Below, in pieces: positions 12,767 through 26,931 of a stretch of 64,000 bases of DNA. The DNA lies in assembly GCA_043228905.1 (NCBI GenBank), contig JBHGNT010000006.1:14694001-14758000 (forward strand). The letters are read 5' to 3'. Each line of letters opens with the position of its first letter. The first letter of the stretch is position 1. Origin of the DNA: Azolla caroliniana (taxonomy: Eukaryota > Plantae > Polypodiophyta). A program made the translations under genes and the position numbers. The notes beneath the pieces are model-generated. The model did no database searches, had not been told where the DNA came from, and was given only the letters and a program-made list of their open reading frames with translations.

Positions 12767-13275
12767 ATCTCACCGGATGAAGGGGCATATATGTAAATAT
12801 GTTCTAGAGAGCCCATTGGGGCTATATTTGCAAATAGCCCGAAAGTCATATTAGTATAAATATGACCTAGGGCAAACATCATTGGTGTTGTTGTCATTTT
12901 TTTGTATAGAGTGATTGGTGTAACTGCTATACAGAGTGTAACAGAGAGCGAGAGAGAGAAACAAAGTAAGTCTCTGCTGTAACCGCCGCCAGGCAAAGAG
13001 AGTGAGCACGAGGTTGTTGCCTTTGTGCCCCCTATTGTATTCTTTGACATAGTGATAGTTTGGAGTCTGTGGGCTCTCGTGGTTTTTCCCTCATAGGGTT
13101 TTCCACATTAACATACTGTGTACTCTCTCTCACTTACGTGTGTTCGTGCATTTACCTTCATTGCCCATTTCTTCTATGTTTTTTATTATCATTAAGTGAT
13201 TGAAGACTCGGTTGTGGCCCAACATTATTCCACATATTCCTGTCAATCTGGTATTAGAGCGAAACGACACAGTAA

Positions 13276-16200
13276 ATGGAAGATTCGTTGGGAGGCATGT
13301 TGAAGATCACCGGCTCCAACTACTCAGTATGGAAGTCGAAGATGAGGGACATGCTCGTGGTCAAAGATATTTGGTTGTCGGTTCAGTTCGGGGACAAGAG
13401 ACCGAACAAGATCGACGCCACAGTGTGGGAGGTGATGCACATGAAGACAACAACATACATCCGGTGCTTCATCGATATGAGCATGTACAACAACTTTAAT
13501 GAGGAGAGCAAGGCTCATGAGATCTGGGAGAAGATCGACATTATGTTTCAGAACAAAATTGTTGTTAACCGGGTTTCGGTATTCCGGATGCTAGTAAGAC
13601 TCTGGTACCAAGATGGCTCTAGCATGGTGGAGCACATGAATGCCTTCCAGGGGCTGATTCACCAGGCAACATCATGGGAAGTACCTATCGCCGATGAGGT
13701 ACTAGCACTTCTCTTGCTCGGTTCCCTCCCGGATAGTTGGGAGACGTTGGTTGTCACTTTGGGCAACGCTGGGCCGGAAGGAAAATAGTTATCCCTAGCA
13801 AGAGTCAAGTCGAGCTTGCTAGATGAGGAGGCGCGTCGGAAAGACAAGGATACGAGCTCCGACTCCAAAGCGCTCCTTATCAAATCGAAACGTGGAAGAC
13901 AAAGGAACCGGAGTCCCCAGAACTGGGAAAAGTCGGGGACACGGTCAAAGTCAAGGGGAAGGCCCACTTGCTTCTACTGTGGGAAGTTGGGGCACTTCTA
14001 GAAGAACGGTCGGCATTTCCGGAAAGAAAAGGGAACCGACAGTACCAATTCGAAGAAGCCACCGGACCGAAACGGTTCGGATCGGCGAGGACCGGACCGG
14101 AAGGGAACGACGGCAATCGTGGCAAGTGAAGAAGAGTTGATGCTCATCACTAAGGAGAGTGAGTTGAACCTTGCCAGCGACGAGACAACGTGGGTTGTCG
14201 ATTTCGGAGCGTCGTTCCACCTTATCCCGGACCGGAAATGCTTCTCATCCTACACAGTCGGTGATTACGGTTGTGTCCAGATGGGGAATGAAGGTACATG
14301 CCGAATTGTCGGCATAGGAGACGTGTGGTTGACAACACCAACCAGATGCAAGTTGCTGCTGAAGGATGTCTGGCACGTTCCGGAGGTTCAACTGAACCTA
14401 ATATTAGCCGGTAGGCTAGACGATGAAGGCTACATGGGTAGCATCCGGAACGGGGTCGTGAAGTTCAGCAAAGGGAGCCTAATAGTGGCTAGGGCCCGGA
14501 AAGTCAACACACTGTACCTAATAATGTCCAGTTATGTTGGGAAGAAGTGAACGTTGCATCCGACACTGTCGGTGAGCTGTGGCACAAGAGGCTGTGTCAC
14601 ATGAGCAAGAAGGGGATGAAGAGGCTTGCCGATGACAACCTCATTCCGGTGAAAGACGTGCACCTTAAGAGGTGCACCGACTGCCTGGCCGATAAGCAAA
14701 ACTGGACCTCCTTTTGCTCAAGGCCACCGATGAGACGTAATGCACCACTGGAGTTAGTGCATACCGATGTGTGTCAAGTGGACACGAAGTCACATGCTAG
14801 AGCGCAGTACTTCGTGATGTTCATAGATGACCACAGCCGGAAGTTGTGGGCCACACCGTTGAAGATGAAGGAGTAGGTGTTATCCATTTTCAAGGAGCTC
14901 CACGCAGGAGTGGAAAGAGAAACCGGCCGGAAGCTAAAGGCGGTTCAAGCAGATAACGGAGGAGAACACAGGGGGCAGTTCGAGGTGTATTGCCGCTCGA
15001 AGGGAATCCAGCTTGAATTTACCGTGCTGACGACGCCGGAACTAAATGGGCTGGCCGAGAGGATGATCTGGACCATAATGGAGAGGGTCCGGAGTATGTT
15101 GGCACATGCAAAGCTACCCAAGACGTTTTGGGCTGAGGCTTTGGCGACAGCGACGTACGTGATAAACAGGTCACCCTCAGTGCCCTTGGACGGAGACACG
15201 CCGCAGAAAGTATGGACTGGTAAGGAAGTATCTTACCGGCATCTGAAGGTGTTTGGGTGTCTCGCTTACGTGCATGTTGCAAAGGACCGGAGAGCAAAGT
15301 TGGATCCAAAGTCCCGGCCTTGCATATTCCTCGGATATGACGATGATGAGTTCGGCTACCGAGTGTGGGATCCGGTCGACACGAAGGTTTTCCGAAGTCA
15401 AGATATTATCTTCATTGAGGACAAGATCTTTGCCGACTGGGAGTTGGAGAAGAAGATAATGAACTCCGAGTCGATCGGTAAGGATCGGTTCGATGAGATG
15501 CAAACCCAACCGACAAAGAGCCGGTTAACACTCGAAGAACCAGCCGGTTACGGAGAGGAAACCGAACCGGCAGAAGAAGAAGAGGAAGCAGGAACCGGAA
15601 CCGGCCAAGATCCCGAATCGGATTTGGATGAAGAACAAACAGAGGAGCTGGTTACCAGAAACCAAAGACGCAGATATCCTCTGAGAGAGAGAAGGAATCC
15701 CCAGAGATTTCCGGATGCAGAGCGCGTGTTGCTAACCGATGAGGGGGAGCCAAAAAGCTTCGAAGAAGCAAAGGAGGACACCCACAGTTGCAAGTGGTTG
15801 AGTGCTATGCAGGACGAGATGGATTCCTTGCATGAGAACCACACGTATGAACTGGTGGAGTTGTCGGAAGGAAAGCGGGCACTCCGGAATAAGTGGGTGT
15901 ACAAGTTGAAACCGGGAGATGCCGGTAACCCCTCGAGATACAAAGCCAGGATCTTGGTGAAGGGGTTCTAGCAGAAGAAGGGCGTGGACTTCGAGGAGAT
16001 ATTTGCCCCGGTAGTAAAGATGACTTCCATCCGGACAGTGTTGAGCATAGTGGCAAGCATGGACCTCGAGGTAGAGCAGTTAGACGTGAAGACGACGTTC
16101 CTCCACGGTGACCTCGAAGAGGAGATCTACATGCAGCAATTGGAGGGATTTGTGAAGAAAGGGAAGGAGCACCTGGTTTGCCAGATGAAGAAAAGCCTTT

Positions 16201-17317
16201 ACGGTTTGAAGTAGGCTCCCCGACAATGGTACCGGAAGTTCGACTCCTTCATGACCGATCAGGGGTACCACAAGACGTAGGCCGATGATTGTGTGTTTGT
16301 GAAGAAGTTTGAAGGAGGAAACTTCCTAATACTCCTCCTATACGTGGACGACATGTTGATCGTCGGACGAGACCAAGTCAAGATACAGATGCTGAAGAAG
16401 GCTCTGAACCGGACCTTCTCAATGAAAGACTTGGTTCCGACAAGACAGATACTGGGGATGCATATCATCCAGGACCGGTCAAAGAAGCAATTGTGGCTGT
16501 CACAGGAGAAGTACATGACAAAGGCGCTTCAACGGTTGAACATGTCAGATGCGAAACCGGTCGGATTGACACTTCCGGCAAACTACAGGTTATCCGGTAT
16601 GCAAAGCCCGAAGACGAAGGCAGAGAAGGCGGATATGATGAAGATACCATATGCCTCTGCCGTCGGGAGCTTAATGTACGCAATGGTGTGTACCCGACCA
16701 GATATCGGATACGCAGTCAGAGTGGTGAGCCGGTTCATGAGCAATCTAGGCAAGGAGCACTGAAATACGGTAAAATTGATACTCCGTTACTTGAAAGGCA
16801 CCTCAAGTATGCATCTTCGATTCGGCTCCAGTAAACCACAACTTGACGGTTTCACTGATTCAGATATGTCGGCTGATGCGGATACCAGCCAGTCAACATC
16901 GAGATATGTCATGACATATGCAAGGGGAGCTGTTTCATGGCAATCGAGGCTGCAAAAGATGGTTGCGTTGTCAACCATGGAGGCAGACTACATGGCGGCT
17001 GTGAAAGCCGACAAGGAAATACTATGGATGAAGGACTTCATCGAAGAGCTAGGGATCCGACAAGAGGAATACCGTCTCTATTGCGACAGTCAAAGTGCCA
17101 TCCACCTTGTGAAGAACCCGACGTATCATTCCAGGACGAAGCACATCTAGCGGAGGTACCACTGGATCTGAGAGCGAGTGGAAGATCGAGAGTTCGTGTT
17201 GAAGAAGATCCACACGGAGGAGAATGGGTCAGATATGTTGACCAAGGTGCTAACGCCCGACAAGCTGGACGCATGTCGGAAGCAAATTGGACTAACCAGA
17301 CATCCCATGCCGGAGTG
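13276..17317 (+). pseudogene. copia-2 gag-pol with many nonsense mutations
   Basis: CFYCGKLGHF knuckle, WVVDFGASFH, LWHKRLCHMS, LNGLAERM, QLDVKTTFLHG, LYVDDML, FTDSDMS, HSRTKHI. Confidence 0.95.
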
Positions 17318-18625
17318 AAGGGGGAGTTTGTTAGGATTTCGGTCCCTCCGGATGGGATATGAGTACCCGGCAAGGAAGACTCGGTTAGAACTAGATGATG
17401 AAGGCCCGATGAGAACCAAATGTTGGAGGCCCGGTGAGAACCTCACCAGATGAAGGGACATATATGTAAATATGTTCTAGAGAGCCCACTGTGTTATATT
17501 TGCAAATAGCCTGAATGTCATATTAGTATAAATATGACATAGGGCAAACATCATTGGTGTTGTTGTCATTATTTTGTATAGAGTTATTGGTGTAACTATT
17601 GTACAGAGTGTAACAGAGAGCGAGAGAGAGAAACAGAGTAAGTCTCTGCTATAACCGCCGCCAGGCAAAGAGAGTGAGCACGAGGACGTTGCCTCTGTGC
17701 CCCCTGTTGTATTCTTTGACATGGTGATAGTTTGGAGTCTGTGGGCTCCCGTGGTTTTTCCCTCATAGGGTTTTCCACGTTAACATACTGTGTACTCTCT
17801 CTCACTTACGTGTGTTCGTGCATTTACCTTCATTGCCCATTTCTTCTGTGTTTTTTATTATCATGAAGTGATTGAAGACTCGGTTGTGGCATAGCATTAT
17901 TCAACATATTCCGGTCAATTACATAGAATGTGCTCAGTGAGCACTATTTTTAAAGGTTCTCAAAAGGACTAATTTCAGAAGTACTGACAAGTACTTTAAT
18001 GCTCATAAAAGAGCCTCTGACACTAATTGGCAATATTGGGCCTATTTCCTAGAATAGGTCTAATTGGCACGTGTGAGGTTCTGAAATGGCTTCCACAACC
18101 GCTCCGGGTCTGACATCCGGGTCTAGTATCCTGTTTCTTCAGCCGATCTGGCATCCGGTCCAAAAAATGGGCCTAGCTAACCGGATTGATTCTGATCTGA
18201 CCTACCGGCTTATCCATCCGGTTTGTCGCATATTGATTGAGCTTGCTCGCTCAACACTCCCTAGAGGTCAGTCCGTCATGTTAGATTTAACTGGTTCTTG
18301 CTTCCGGCTCCTCTTGGCATCCTCACACCTAGCTCGCGCTCCTCATCCGGTCTGGTCCTGCGTTCCACGACCCCTCTGGTCCAAGGCTCCTCGACCCCTC
18401 CTATTTCACGCTCCTCGACCCCTACCGTTGGTACATCTGCTCTTCAAGGCCTTCTCAACTTCTTTGCTATTACGATATTGGTGCCCCTCGACCCGTCGGC
18501 AGCTCCGTATCGGCGTTGGCTTCCGCTGCCTCCTTGTCCGCTTGGCCTTCATGTGATTTGGCTCGTTCGTATCATACCACTCGATCGAATCGGTGGTCTA
18601 CAATTCCTGTTCTGTCTTGTTTGAA

Positions 18626-20615
18626 TCAGCTATATTTCCCCCTTGTTCTAGCTTCCTGTCGTAATCGGTCCTGCTCGTATCTCTCCAACTCCAACTGAGT
18701 TGCGAGCTGCCCGTCATCCAACCTCTCTACCAACCCTCGGATTTCTTTGAGATGTTCTTCCGCTAAAGTGTAGAAATCCTCTGACAATTCTTCCCGAATG
18801 GCGACGATACTTTCTTCATCCATCTTGTAGAACTTGTCACCGGTCTTCCTCCGATTCTCGGCATCCGCTCGGAGTGTCTGCAGCTCGGCTGCCTGTTGTG
18901 ACCACTCCTTCCATAGCTTTTCCGTACTTTCGTTGATGCTTGCCTGAGCTCGGGTACTCCATCCTAACATGATGAGCTTGATCCGGTCAACACCTGCCTT
19001 AGCATGCGCATAAGCTTCTTGCTTTTCCTTCCTTGCCCGTTTTATAATGTCGGCCATTATCTGAACCTGGGCCTCGTAATCCGCTTTCTGCTTTTCGTAG
19101 GTACTTTGCAGTTTGTTGATCGTGAAGGTCGATTTTTCCTTTTCTTCATTCCTGATCTTGGTCAGGTCCAACTTTTCCCGCCTTAGCGCCTCTAATTCCT
19201 TCCTTCTCTCCGTCGCTTGGCCCGGTTTGCAAGGCGACCGGTTCCGGTTCCGGTTCTGGTTGCTTCCTTGTTGTCCCGACCGGCTCGGTGACAACTTGTG
19301 CTTGTTGAATTCCTTCCCTTGCCTGCAACAGCTCCCCTTGCATTTCCTCGATCTGTGTTCGGAGCGCAACCAACTCCTAAGTTGTTGTATGCGTCAGTTG
19401 TTGCCTACACGTTTCTTCTTCCTCTAATTGGTCCGCTACTCCCGATAACTGCTCCGAAAGCCATCTCAGCCATTGTGGCTTTGTGCTTCCTGTGTCGGGG
19501 TGGCCTTGCTCACTTCTACTCCTTAACTCAGGCTGTTTTTCCGGCCTTTTCTCTGGCTCCGGCGCTTGTTCATTCTTCTTCTCTGGGATGTCCGGTTCTC
19601 TGAAGTTCGGCACAACCGGTGTCGGTGCTGCTTCCCTCGGTACGGGTTCCGGTACTGCTTCCGCCTCGGTTACTGGAGGTGGTCCTTGCGCCCTCTGCTG
19701 AGTTTTGTCAACTGGTGGAGCCGATCCTTTCGCCCGTCTCTCCCGACCTTGTCTTGTTGGGAGTCTTACCAGTGGTTCGGATGAGTCTTCTGTTTCAGCT
19801 TCCTCCTCTGGTGCGGCTACCAGACGGACCTTCTGTATAAAGACCTCTGTTTCCGGTTCCGGCCGTCGCAGCGTTATATGGATTGGTTTGCGCGCTACCG
19901 GTTCCTCCTCGGCCGATTTCCCTTTGCCTTTTCCGGCCGGTTTTGCCTTTGTTGCCGGTTCCTATTGCTGTCGGGATGGTCCTTCCCCCCATTGTTCTGC
20001 TTCTTGCTGGGTCCATCCGGGGGTGTGTTTCTCCAGGATCTGTCGGCGCTTTGTGACCTTTTTCGGCGTCGTCGCCTACCAACCTCTTTTCTTTTGTGTG
20101 ATGGGGAGCACCGGTGGGACTAACACCGTTAGCCATTGTGCTATCCCGGCCCATGGCTTTTTTCCTTCCACAAGATTCTTGATGGCCTCCTTCAATCCTT
20201 CGGTTATGAAATGGAGCCAGTCTACTTGTAATCCTTCGTATGCTGCTATTAAGAACGTTGCCCGGTACCTGGCTATGGCCGGGGGACGAGGATTCACGAA
20301 TCTGTATTCCATCATGGCGCGGGCCACTTCTCTGAACAGCAGGTTCTCTCCGCCCTGTGTTCGGTACGTTTTGCTGCTGATAGAATACTCACCGAAATAT
20401 TCGAACAGGATTTCACTTGAAGGGTTTTCGATTGTTTGAAGCCCTCCTGCTTTTATCCCCGTGAGCGCCTGCACCGCTCCTTCCGTGATTTCTGATAAAT
20501 CGATCGATGCTGCCGCCTGCTCTGGTTCTGCATGTGGTGGAGCATCGGCGATCCGCAGCAATCCTTTTAACCCGTTCTCCCTCATCCATTGGCGTGCCTC
20601 CTCCGACAGTACCAT
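18626..20615 (-). pseudogene. 3' accessory ORF of gypsy copy A (globular N-domain, Pro/Glu-rich linker, coiled coil), with stops
   Basis: ORF pieces 20076-20696, 19377-19613 and 18626-19369 are homologous to the pieces in copies B and C. Confidence 0.75.
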
Positions 20616-21048
20616 TGTTTCGAATTCTTCTTCTGCTGTGTGTGCGCTGTGCGTCGGATCGCTCTTCTGTGCTTCTGCGCCTGTATGTAGGAACATTCGT
20701 GAAAAGTGAGTCCTTCGCAGGCCGGTGTCTTATATAGTGGCTTTTGCCTCGAGCCGCCCTTTTTCGTTTCCCGCGCATGTTCCTCTCCCGCCATAATTAG
20801 TATGTCCTTTCTTGTTAGCCGCGTGTGAGTGCCCACATTCCATTCTTTAAATAGCAAGTACGCGCACGTCCTTCTTTAATGCATGGCGCCTCTTCGTTGC
20901 ATGGTGGCGCTCCCACCTCTTGTGATCTCCCCATCATTACTATGATTCGCGTCGATTTTGCCCACGTCTTCTTTTTTTTCTTTTTTCTTTATTTTTTTTT
21001 CTTTATTTTTTATTTTTATTTTTTTTTTCTTTCTTTGTTTGGACCACG

Positions 21049-24000
21049 TCATTTGCTGGTCCCCCCCGATTTGTTCGGGTCGGTTCGTGTGGATACCGGA
21101 TCCTTCTGTTGGTTTTTCGGGATAGTCTTTGTCAGTATCGGTGTCAGTTCTTCCTTGGTCCGAATATCTTCAGCAGCGTCTGTCGGTGTCGGTTCCTCAT
21201 CTTGCCGGATTTCCGGGTTTTACTTGAACGGCTTGGCTGGCATATTTCCCTTATACGGCTTTAGCCGAAACCCATTTGCCCACTTGCCGATGACATCTCC
21301 AGACAACGTGCCGAGCTGATACGACCCATTGTACTCCTTGGTGATCCAGAACGGTCCGGCCACCGAAACTGCAACTTTCCCGGCATGTTCCCCATCTGTG
21401 TCTAGAATAGTAGCACCGGTTTCCCGACTTCGAACTCCTTTTCGTTGCCACGCCGGTGTCGGTCCATGAAAGCTTTTCTCCTCCTTTGCTCCAGTTCGAG
21501 TTGTAGTAAGCTGGCTATTCGGTTTTCTTCTAATTCCAACAATGTCGCCAGCCGGATTCGTTCGGACTCGTTCTCACTTAAGCGCTCCTTTACCTGAATC
21601 CGTAAGCTGGGGATCTGGAACTCTACCGGCATGACCGCTTCTAAACCGAATGCTAGTCGGAACGGGGTTGTCCGGATGCTGGTTTTGTACGTTGTTCGGT
21701 ACGCCCATAGCGCGCTTTGCAATTTCGTATCCCAGTCAGTCCATTGATTCCGCTAGTCCATTGGCTTGAGGGTAGTAGGGAGTACTCCTTTTATGTACCA
21801 CCGCGTAAAATGACGTCAGGCTTTCTACTACCTGCCCGAGCAAATGTCCTCCTTTGTCACTTATAAGCTCGATCGGGCATCCATACCGGCACCATATGCA
21901 CTCGTACAGAAACTTTGCCGTGGACGCGGCCGTGTTGTCCCGTAAGGCCTTTGCTTCTACCCATTTGGTGCAATAGTCGGTTGCCACTATGACATACCGA
22001 TTTCCGATTCGCATTGCCGGTGGCTTGAAGGGACCGACATGGTTCCAAAGGCAAGACCGGGTGGTGTGGCATCCGGGCCTGCTCCGTGGGTTGGCCCAGT
22101 CGTTGACACAAATCGCATTCTCTGCTATACTTCACGGCATCTTTTAGGGTGGTGGGCCACCATAGTCCGCTCTGCCATATTTTCCGAGCGGTTGCGTCGC
22201 CGGCATAATGCCCGCCGGCAATTCCACAGTGGGCTTCCCTGAGGATTAAATCCTTCTCATCGCTCCGCACTGCTCGTCTCCAGATGCCATCTGCCCCCTT
22301 GTGATAGAGGGTGTCTCCAACCAAGCAGAAATGTCTGCTTCTTACTGCTACCCTTTTCCTTTCATCGCGGTCCATGTTCTCCGGGGGAACTCCGGTGCTC
22401 AGGAACTGATGCATCTCAGTTAGCCACGAGTCTTCATCGGCTACCGTTGCATCCGTTGCCGGTTTCGTCGTGATCCGGAACAACTTGGCGTCGGGGAACT
22501 CATCCTGGACGCGTCCCCTGCTTCTCCGGATTCGAGTCTACTTAGGTAGTCCGCTACCGCATGCTGCGCCCCGGGTCGGTGGAAAATGTCGAATTCAAAT
22601 TCCTGTAACAGCAGTGTCCATCGTGCAATTTTTCCCGTCAGGGATGCCTTCGAGACCAGGTAGAGTAGTGCCGAATGGTCGACATGGAAGGAAAACTTCC
22701 TTCTGAGCAGATAGTGCTTGTACTTTGTGACACTATACACCATTCCCAATGCCTCGCGTTCCGTCGTAGAGTAATTCCGCTCGGCTTTTGAGAGTTTCCG
22801 GCTTGCGTAGTACACCGGTCGGTACCATTTCGGCTCCGTGAGTTGCATCAGAACGTTGCCGACTGCTACGTCCGACGCGTCGACGAAGACGTGAAAGCTT
22901 TTACTCCAATCCGGCGGTTGCACCACCAGAGCTTGCCACAGCATAACCTTCAACGCTTGGTAGGCTTCCTCCTCCGTCTCCGGCCATAGGAAGGGTACCC
23001 TGTGTACGGCGGTATGTAATGGTGTAGCGAAGTCTGCGAGGTGCCGTATCATCCGGCTATGCCACCTTATTTGGCCCAAGAACCGGCTTAAAGCCTTTGC
23101 GTTATTTGGTTCTGGTGCCTCGAGAATCGCCTTAAATTTATCCGGATCTACCGCGATTCCTTCCTTACTCACCACGTGCCCTAGTAAGTTGCCGCTTGCC
23201 ACTCCAAAGACGCACTTGGCCGGGTTCAGGCTCAATCGGTACTCGCGGCACTTCTCCAAGCACAGCCGGAGGTGATCGAGATGCTCTCCGTGCCGGCTGT
23301 AGACCGCGAAATCGTCAATGAAGACCTGCATAAAACCGGGGATATATTCCCCGAAAATTTCCATTATTATCCTTTGAAAGGTCGCTGGAGCCGTCTTTAG
23401 TCCAAACATCATCACGACCTCGACGAACACTCCCCATTCCGTCACGAACGCTGTCTTCTCCTGGTCGGCCGGGTTCATTCGTATTTGGTTGTAGCCGCTA
23501 AATCCATCCAGGAAGCTGTTAACTTCGTGGCCGGCTACCGCATCTAACACCCCGTCCGTAAATGGTAGTGGAAACGCATCGGTCACTGTTGCGGCATTTA
23601 GTTTTCGGTAGTCCACGCATACCCGGATTTTGCCGTTCTTTTTCGGGACCACCACTATCGGACTCAGCCAGGTTGCCTACTTGACCGGTCGGATAAATCC
23701 GACCCGAAGGAGCTTATCAATTTCCTCCTTCACCTTCGCCGCATAATTCGGATTCATCCGGTACCTGCGTTGAGCGATCGGTTTCGCGTCCGTACTTAGG
23801 TGAATTTGGTGATGATAGAGCTGGGGGTCCAGCCCTCGCATGTCTTCGTACGACCACGCGAACACATCCTTGAAGTCTGTTAATAATGCTACCATTGCCT
23901 TCTTTTCTTCCTTCGGCAATTCCTTTACAACATTTACCGGTCGGGGCTTGTCTGCTATGCCGAGGTCCACCTCCTCTAGTTGGGATGCTTTTACCCTCTG

Positions 24001-26931
24001 GGATATCGTCATTTCCCTCTCTAGGGATTCCTGCGCTTGTCGCAATTCCCGGATCGCCGCTTGGTCCGGTTCATCCGGCGTTGTAATGTACGGTTCTACT
24101 GCCGCCGTGATATCCACCTCAAATAGTGGGACGATTCATGGGTGTTCCTCGAGGTACCGCTCGACTTCCTCGTCCGGTAATCCCTCCAACATGTTAATGC
24201 TTTCCGCATACAATGGAGTCGCTTCCTTACTGGTGATCACCCGTGGTTGCGTCGTTACACGTACCTTTGTTTTCCCTCGCCGGAATGTGATCATGTTCTT
24301 TTGCCAGTTCTGCTTGATATGCGCCATTCGCAGCCATGGTCGTCCTAGCAGTAGGGGGTACACGCCTTATACATTCAGTTGCAGCACGACGGCCGATATC
24401 CGGAATACGTGGCCTCCGATCATTACTTCGAAATCCCGGATAAGCCCGGTCGGTCGGACTGAGCTGGTATCCGCCATGCATAACCAGAAGGGGCATGGTT
24501 CTCATTCCCGGATGCCCAGGTTGTTGCATGTCTGTCGGCTGATGACATTTACCCCGAAGCCTTCGTCAATAATCGTTCCAGCAATTTCCTTTTCTTTCAC
24601 GATTGCCGTGATCGCCGGGCTACTTGTATCGACCACCGCTGGTCCTTCCTCCGGGTTGGAGAAGAATGTTGGTGCTGGCGTCGGCTTCGGTTTGCTCACG
24701 GATGCCTGTAAGTCTGCCGTAAACCGTGGCACCAACTGTAGTAGTCGTGCTAACGGTAGCACGATTTGACAGTCCTGTAGCGTTTGCCACGTCGGGTTTT
24801 GTCCTGGCTGTATGATTTCATCGTCCTTTGGCATATTTTGGTCTCTTACTTCTGCCGCATTCTGTTCATTGGCCTCCTTGATCCATTGCGCCGCTTGTTT
24901 TCTGATTGCCTCCTGGGCTTCCCACTCGGCGGTCTTTCCCTTTGACCGGGTTGTGACCTGCCGTACTTCTGTTATTTCGGCTGTAACCATGTTGACTTCC
25001 GGCTGCTTGTCATTGGTTTTGCTTGGACATTGGTTACTATAGTGGCCTTCCTTACGGCAGTAATAACAGTACACCTTGTGACTGTTGCTCGTTTCTCCTT
25101 TGTCCCTGGTTTGGAGGGTGGGTATGCTTCGGCGGTCGTCTTCGGTTTTTCGGTTATCCGGTACCGATACCGGGTTGTCATTCCTCGCTGCCTCCCGACG
25201 TTCCTCTCTTCGGAAAAATCCACGCTTCTGATTCCGTCGGAAATTTCGGTTCCCTTGTCGCCTCTCTTCTCTGCGTCGTTCGTATTCCGGGGATTCGTCT
25301 CGGTCGTACCGGTCCCGGGGGTAGCTATCTCTGCGTCTCTCCTCTCGGTCATAGTTATCGCGTCTTCTATCAGCGTATCTGTTACCGCGTTTGCGTTGGT
25401 AGCGGTCGTCTCTCCGGAATCGATCCTCGTCAGGGTTATGATTGCGCGGTTCTATGTGTCGAACCGGTGCTGCTTGCCGATTTAACAGGTTATATTCGCA
25501 TCGGTCCGTTGTATGGGCTCGAGAGTTGCAGATCATACATTGTGTCCGCAGGGTGTAGTCTACTGTTGAGTGCCCCGAATTTAGGCATGTTGTGCATTGT
25601 AAGGCCTGTCGGAACCTCAGGTCTTCCTCCTTCGGGAGTGCCCGGTGTAACATCCCCATTGACAAGAAGGGGCTAGTCTTGTCCATTTCTAAAACCCGAT
25701 CAATAACTTGGTCCATTGTGCTGGTTTGGAAATCAAGGACTCCGCACATTGTTCGAAGTGGCTCTTTCAACGCGGCCAAAAAGACTGCTTTGGCTTCGTC
25801 TTCGGGTGGTGCTCTTGTCAGTTGGCTGTGCAGGGTCTGAAACCGAATGATGAATTGTGGCACAGTCTCGTTCTCTTCCTGCCGGGTGGTGTAGAACTGC
25901 CCGACCAATTCCCTTTGCTCAACTTGTCTGTGAAAAAGCCTGAGGAATCTAGCCTTCAAGGCATCGAATGTGGCAAAGCTGCCCGGTAAGTGCTTTGCGT
26001 GCCATCGGGCCGCCGGTCCTTCTAAGGTTATGCCAAATTCGGCGACTTTGGATCGTTCGGCTTCGGGCTCCGTCAGTCTTTGGGAGACATGGTTGGCTTC
26101 CCATGTTTGGAGGAATGCGTACACGTGTGCCTCCGCGTCGGGATCATCCCGGTACTTTGGGTATGGGTACGACATCGTGTCGTCCAACTGACTCTCCTGC
26201 TTTCTGTCCGCTGTTGGCGTCGATGTGAGAACCTTTGGTTCCTCTGCGGTTGGTGCCGGTATCCGCTCCTTCAGTTCCTCCGCGGGTGTTGCCGGTGTCC
26301 GGTCCTTTGGTTCCTCCGCGGGTGTTGTCGGTATCCGCTCCTTCGGTTCCTTCGCGGGTGTTGTCGGTATCCGCTCCTTCGGTTCCTTCGCGGGTGTTGT
26401 CGGTATCCGGTCAGCCTCCCTCGGCGATTGCCGGTCACCGAACTCCAAGGTTATTTCTTCCTCTGGCTCCGGTGTTACTGAGTCTTCCGACCCGTCTTCC
26501 CCCGGGTCGTTTGGTGTGTCGTGGCTGCTTTTATACCGGGACGCAACGCTTCCGTCGCTTTCCGACTCCGCCTCAAGTGTTGCGAATGCTTCCGAGTCCC
26601 CGTCGCCCCCGGCGAGCGTCTGTAGTATCATTTCCGCCTCTTGCAGGCTTGTTATGCTACTGCCTTCGTCGGGGATTTGCAGAACCCGGAACTGCAGTGC
26701 TTCTTCTGCGACTCTCCGAAGAGTTTTGGAGAATGACCGATCCCGCTGGATCTCGTCGATGGCTTGCTGCAGGGCTTCCCGTCGTTGCTCGTGTTCGGTG
26801 TATTGTCTCCCTCGTTCGGTGATGTGGTCGTCGTTTGGTCTAGAAATCCATCCCCCGGTTGTCCTCTGCACTTTGCAGGAATCGTGGTCGCCAAAATAGT
26901 GTTGTCTGCCTGGCCGGACTAGCCTCAACAT
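21049..26931 (-). pseudogene. gag-pol of gypsy copy A (stops, frameshifts, small deletions)
   Basis: ORFs 24502-26931, 23677-24117, 22441-23655, 21857-22483 and 21402-22014 are collinear with the nearly intact copy C. Confidence 0.93.
26230..26410 (-). repeat. 33-bp coding tandem repeat in gag (RIPTTPAKEPKE-like, ~5 units)
   Basis: Visible in DNA and translation; copy C has only ~2 units. Confidence 0.85.

Larger units (their letters stand above)
12504..17917 (+). mobile_element. Full-length degenerate Ty1/copia, Tnt1/Tork-like (copia-2)
   Basis: LTRs at 12504-13245 and 17329-17917, PBS tggtattagagc at 13249-13260, PPT gtgaagggggagtt, TSD attgc/attac. Confidence 0.96.
12333..18256 (-). mobile_element. 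LTR remnant (12333-12503 plus 17923-18256) interrupted by copia-2; related to the solo LTR at 33504
   Basis: Starts tgtaaaaagagataattgcg and ends gagcttgctcgctcaaca. Shares termini and the tgctcagt...aatgctca...tctgacact blocks with 33504-33917. Followed by ctccc, a possible truncated minus-strand PPT. Confidence 0.7.

Noticed and set aside
23840-24769. Long antisense ORFs over gypsy and copia pol (also 44013-44942, 38196-38762, 48431-48982)
   Set aside because: Shadow frames of GC-rich coding sequence with no motifs; their recurrence reflects copy identity.
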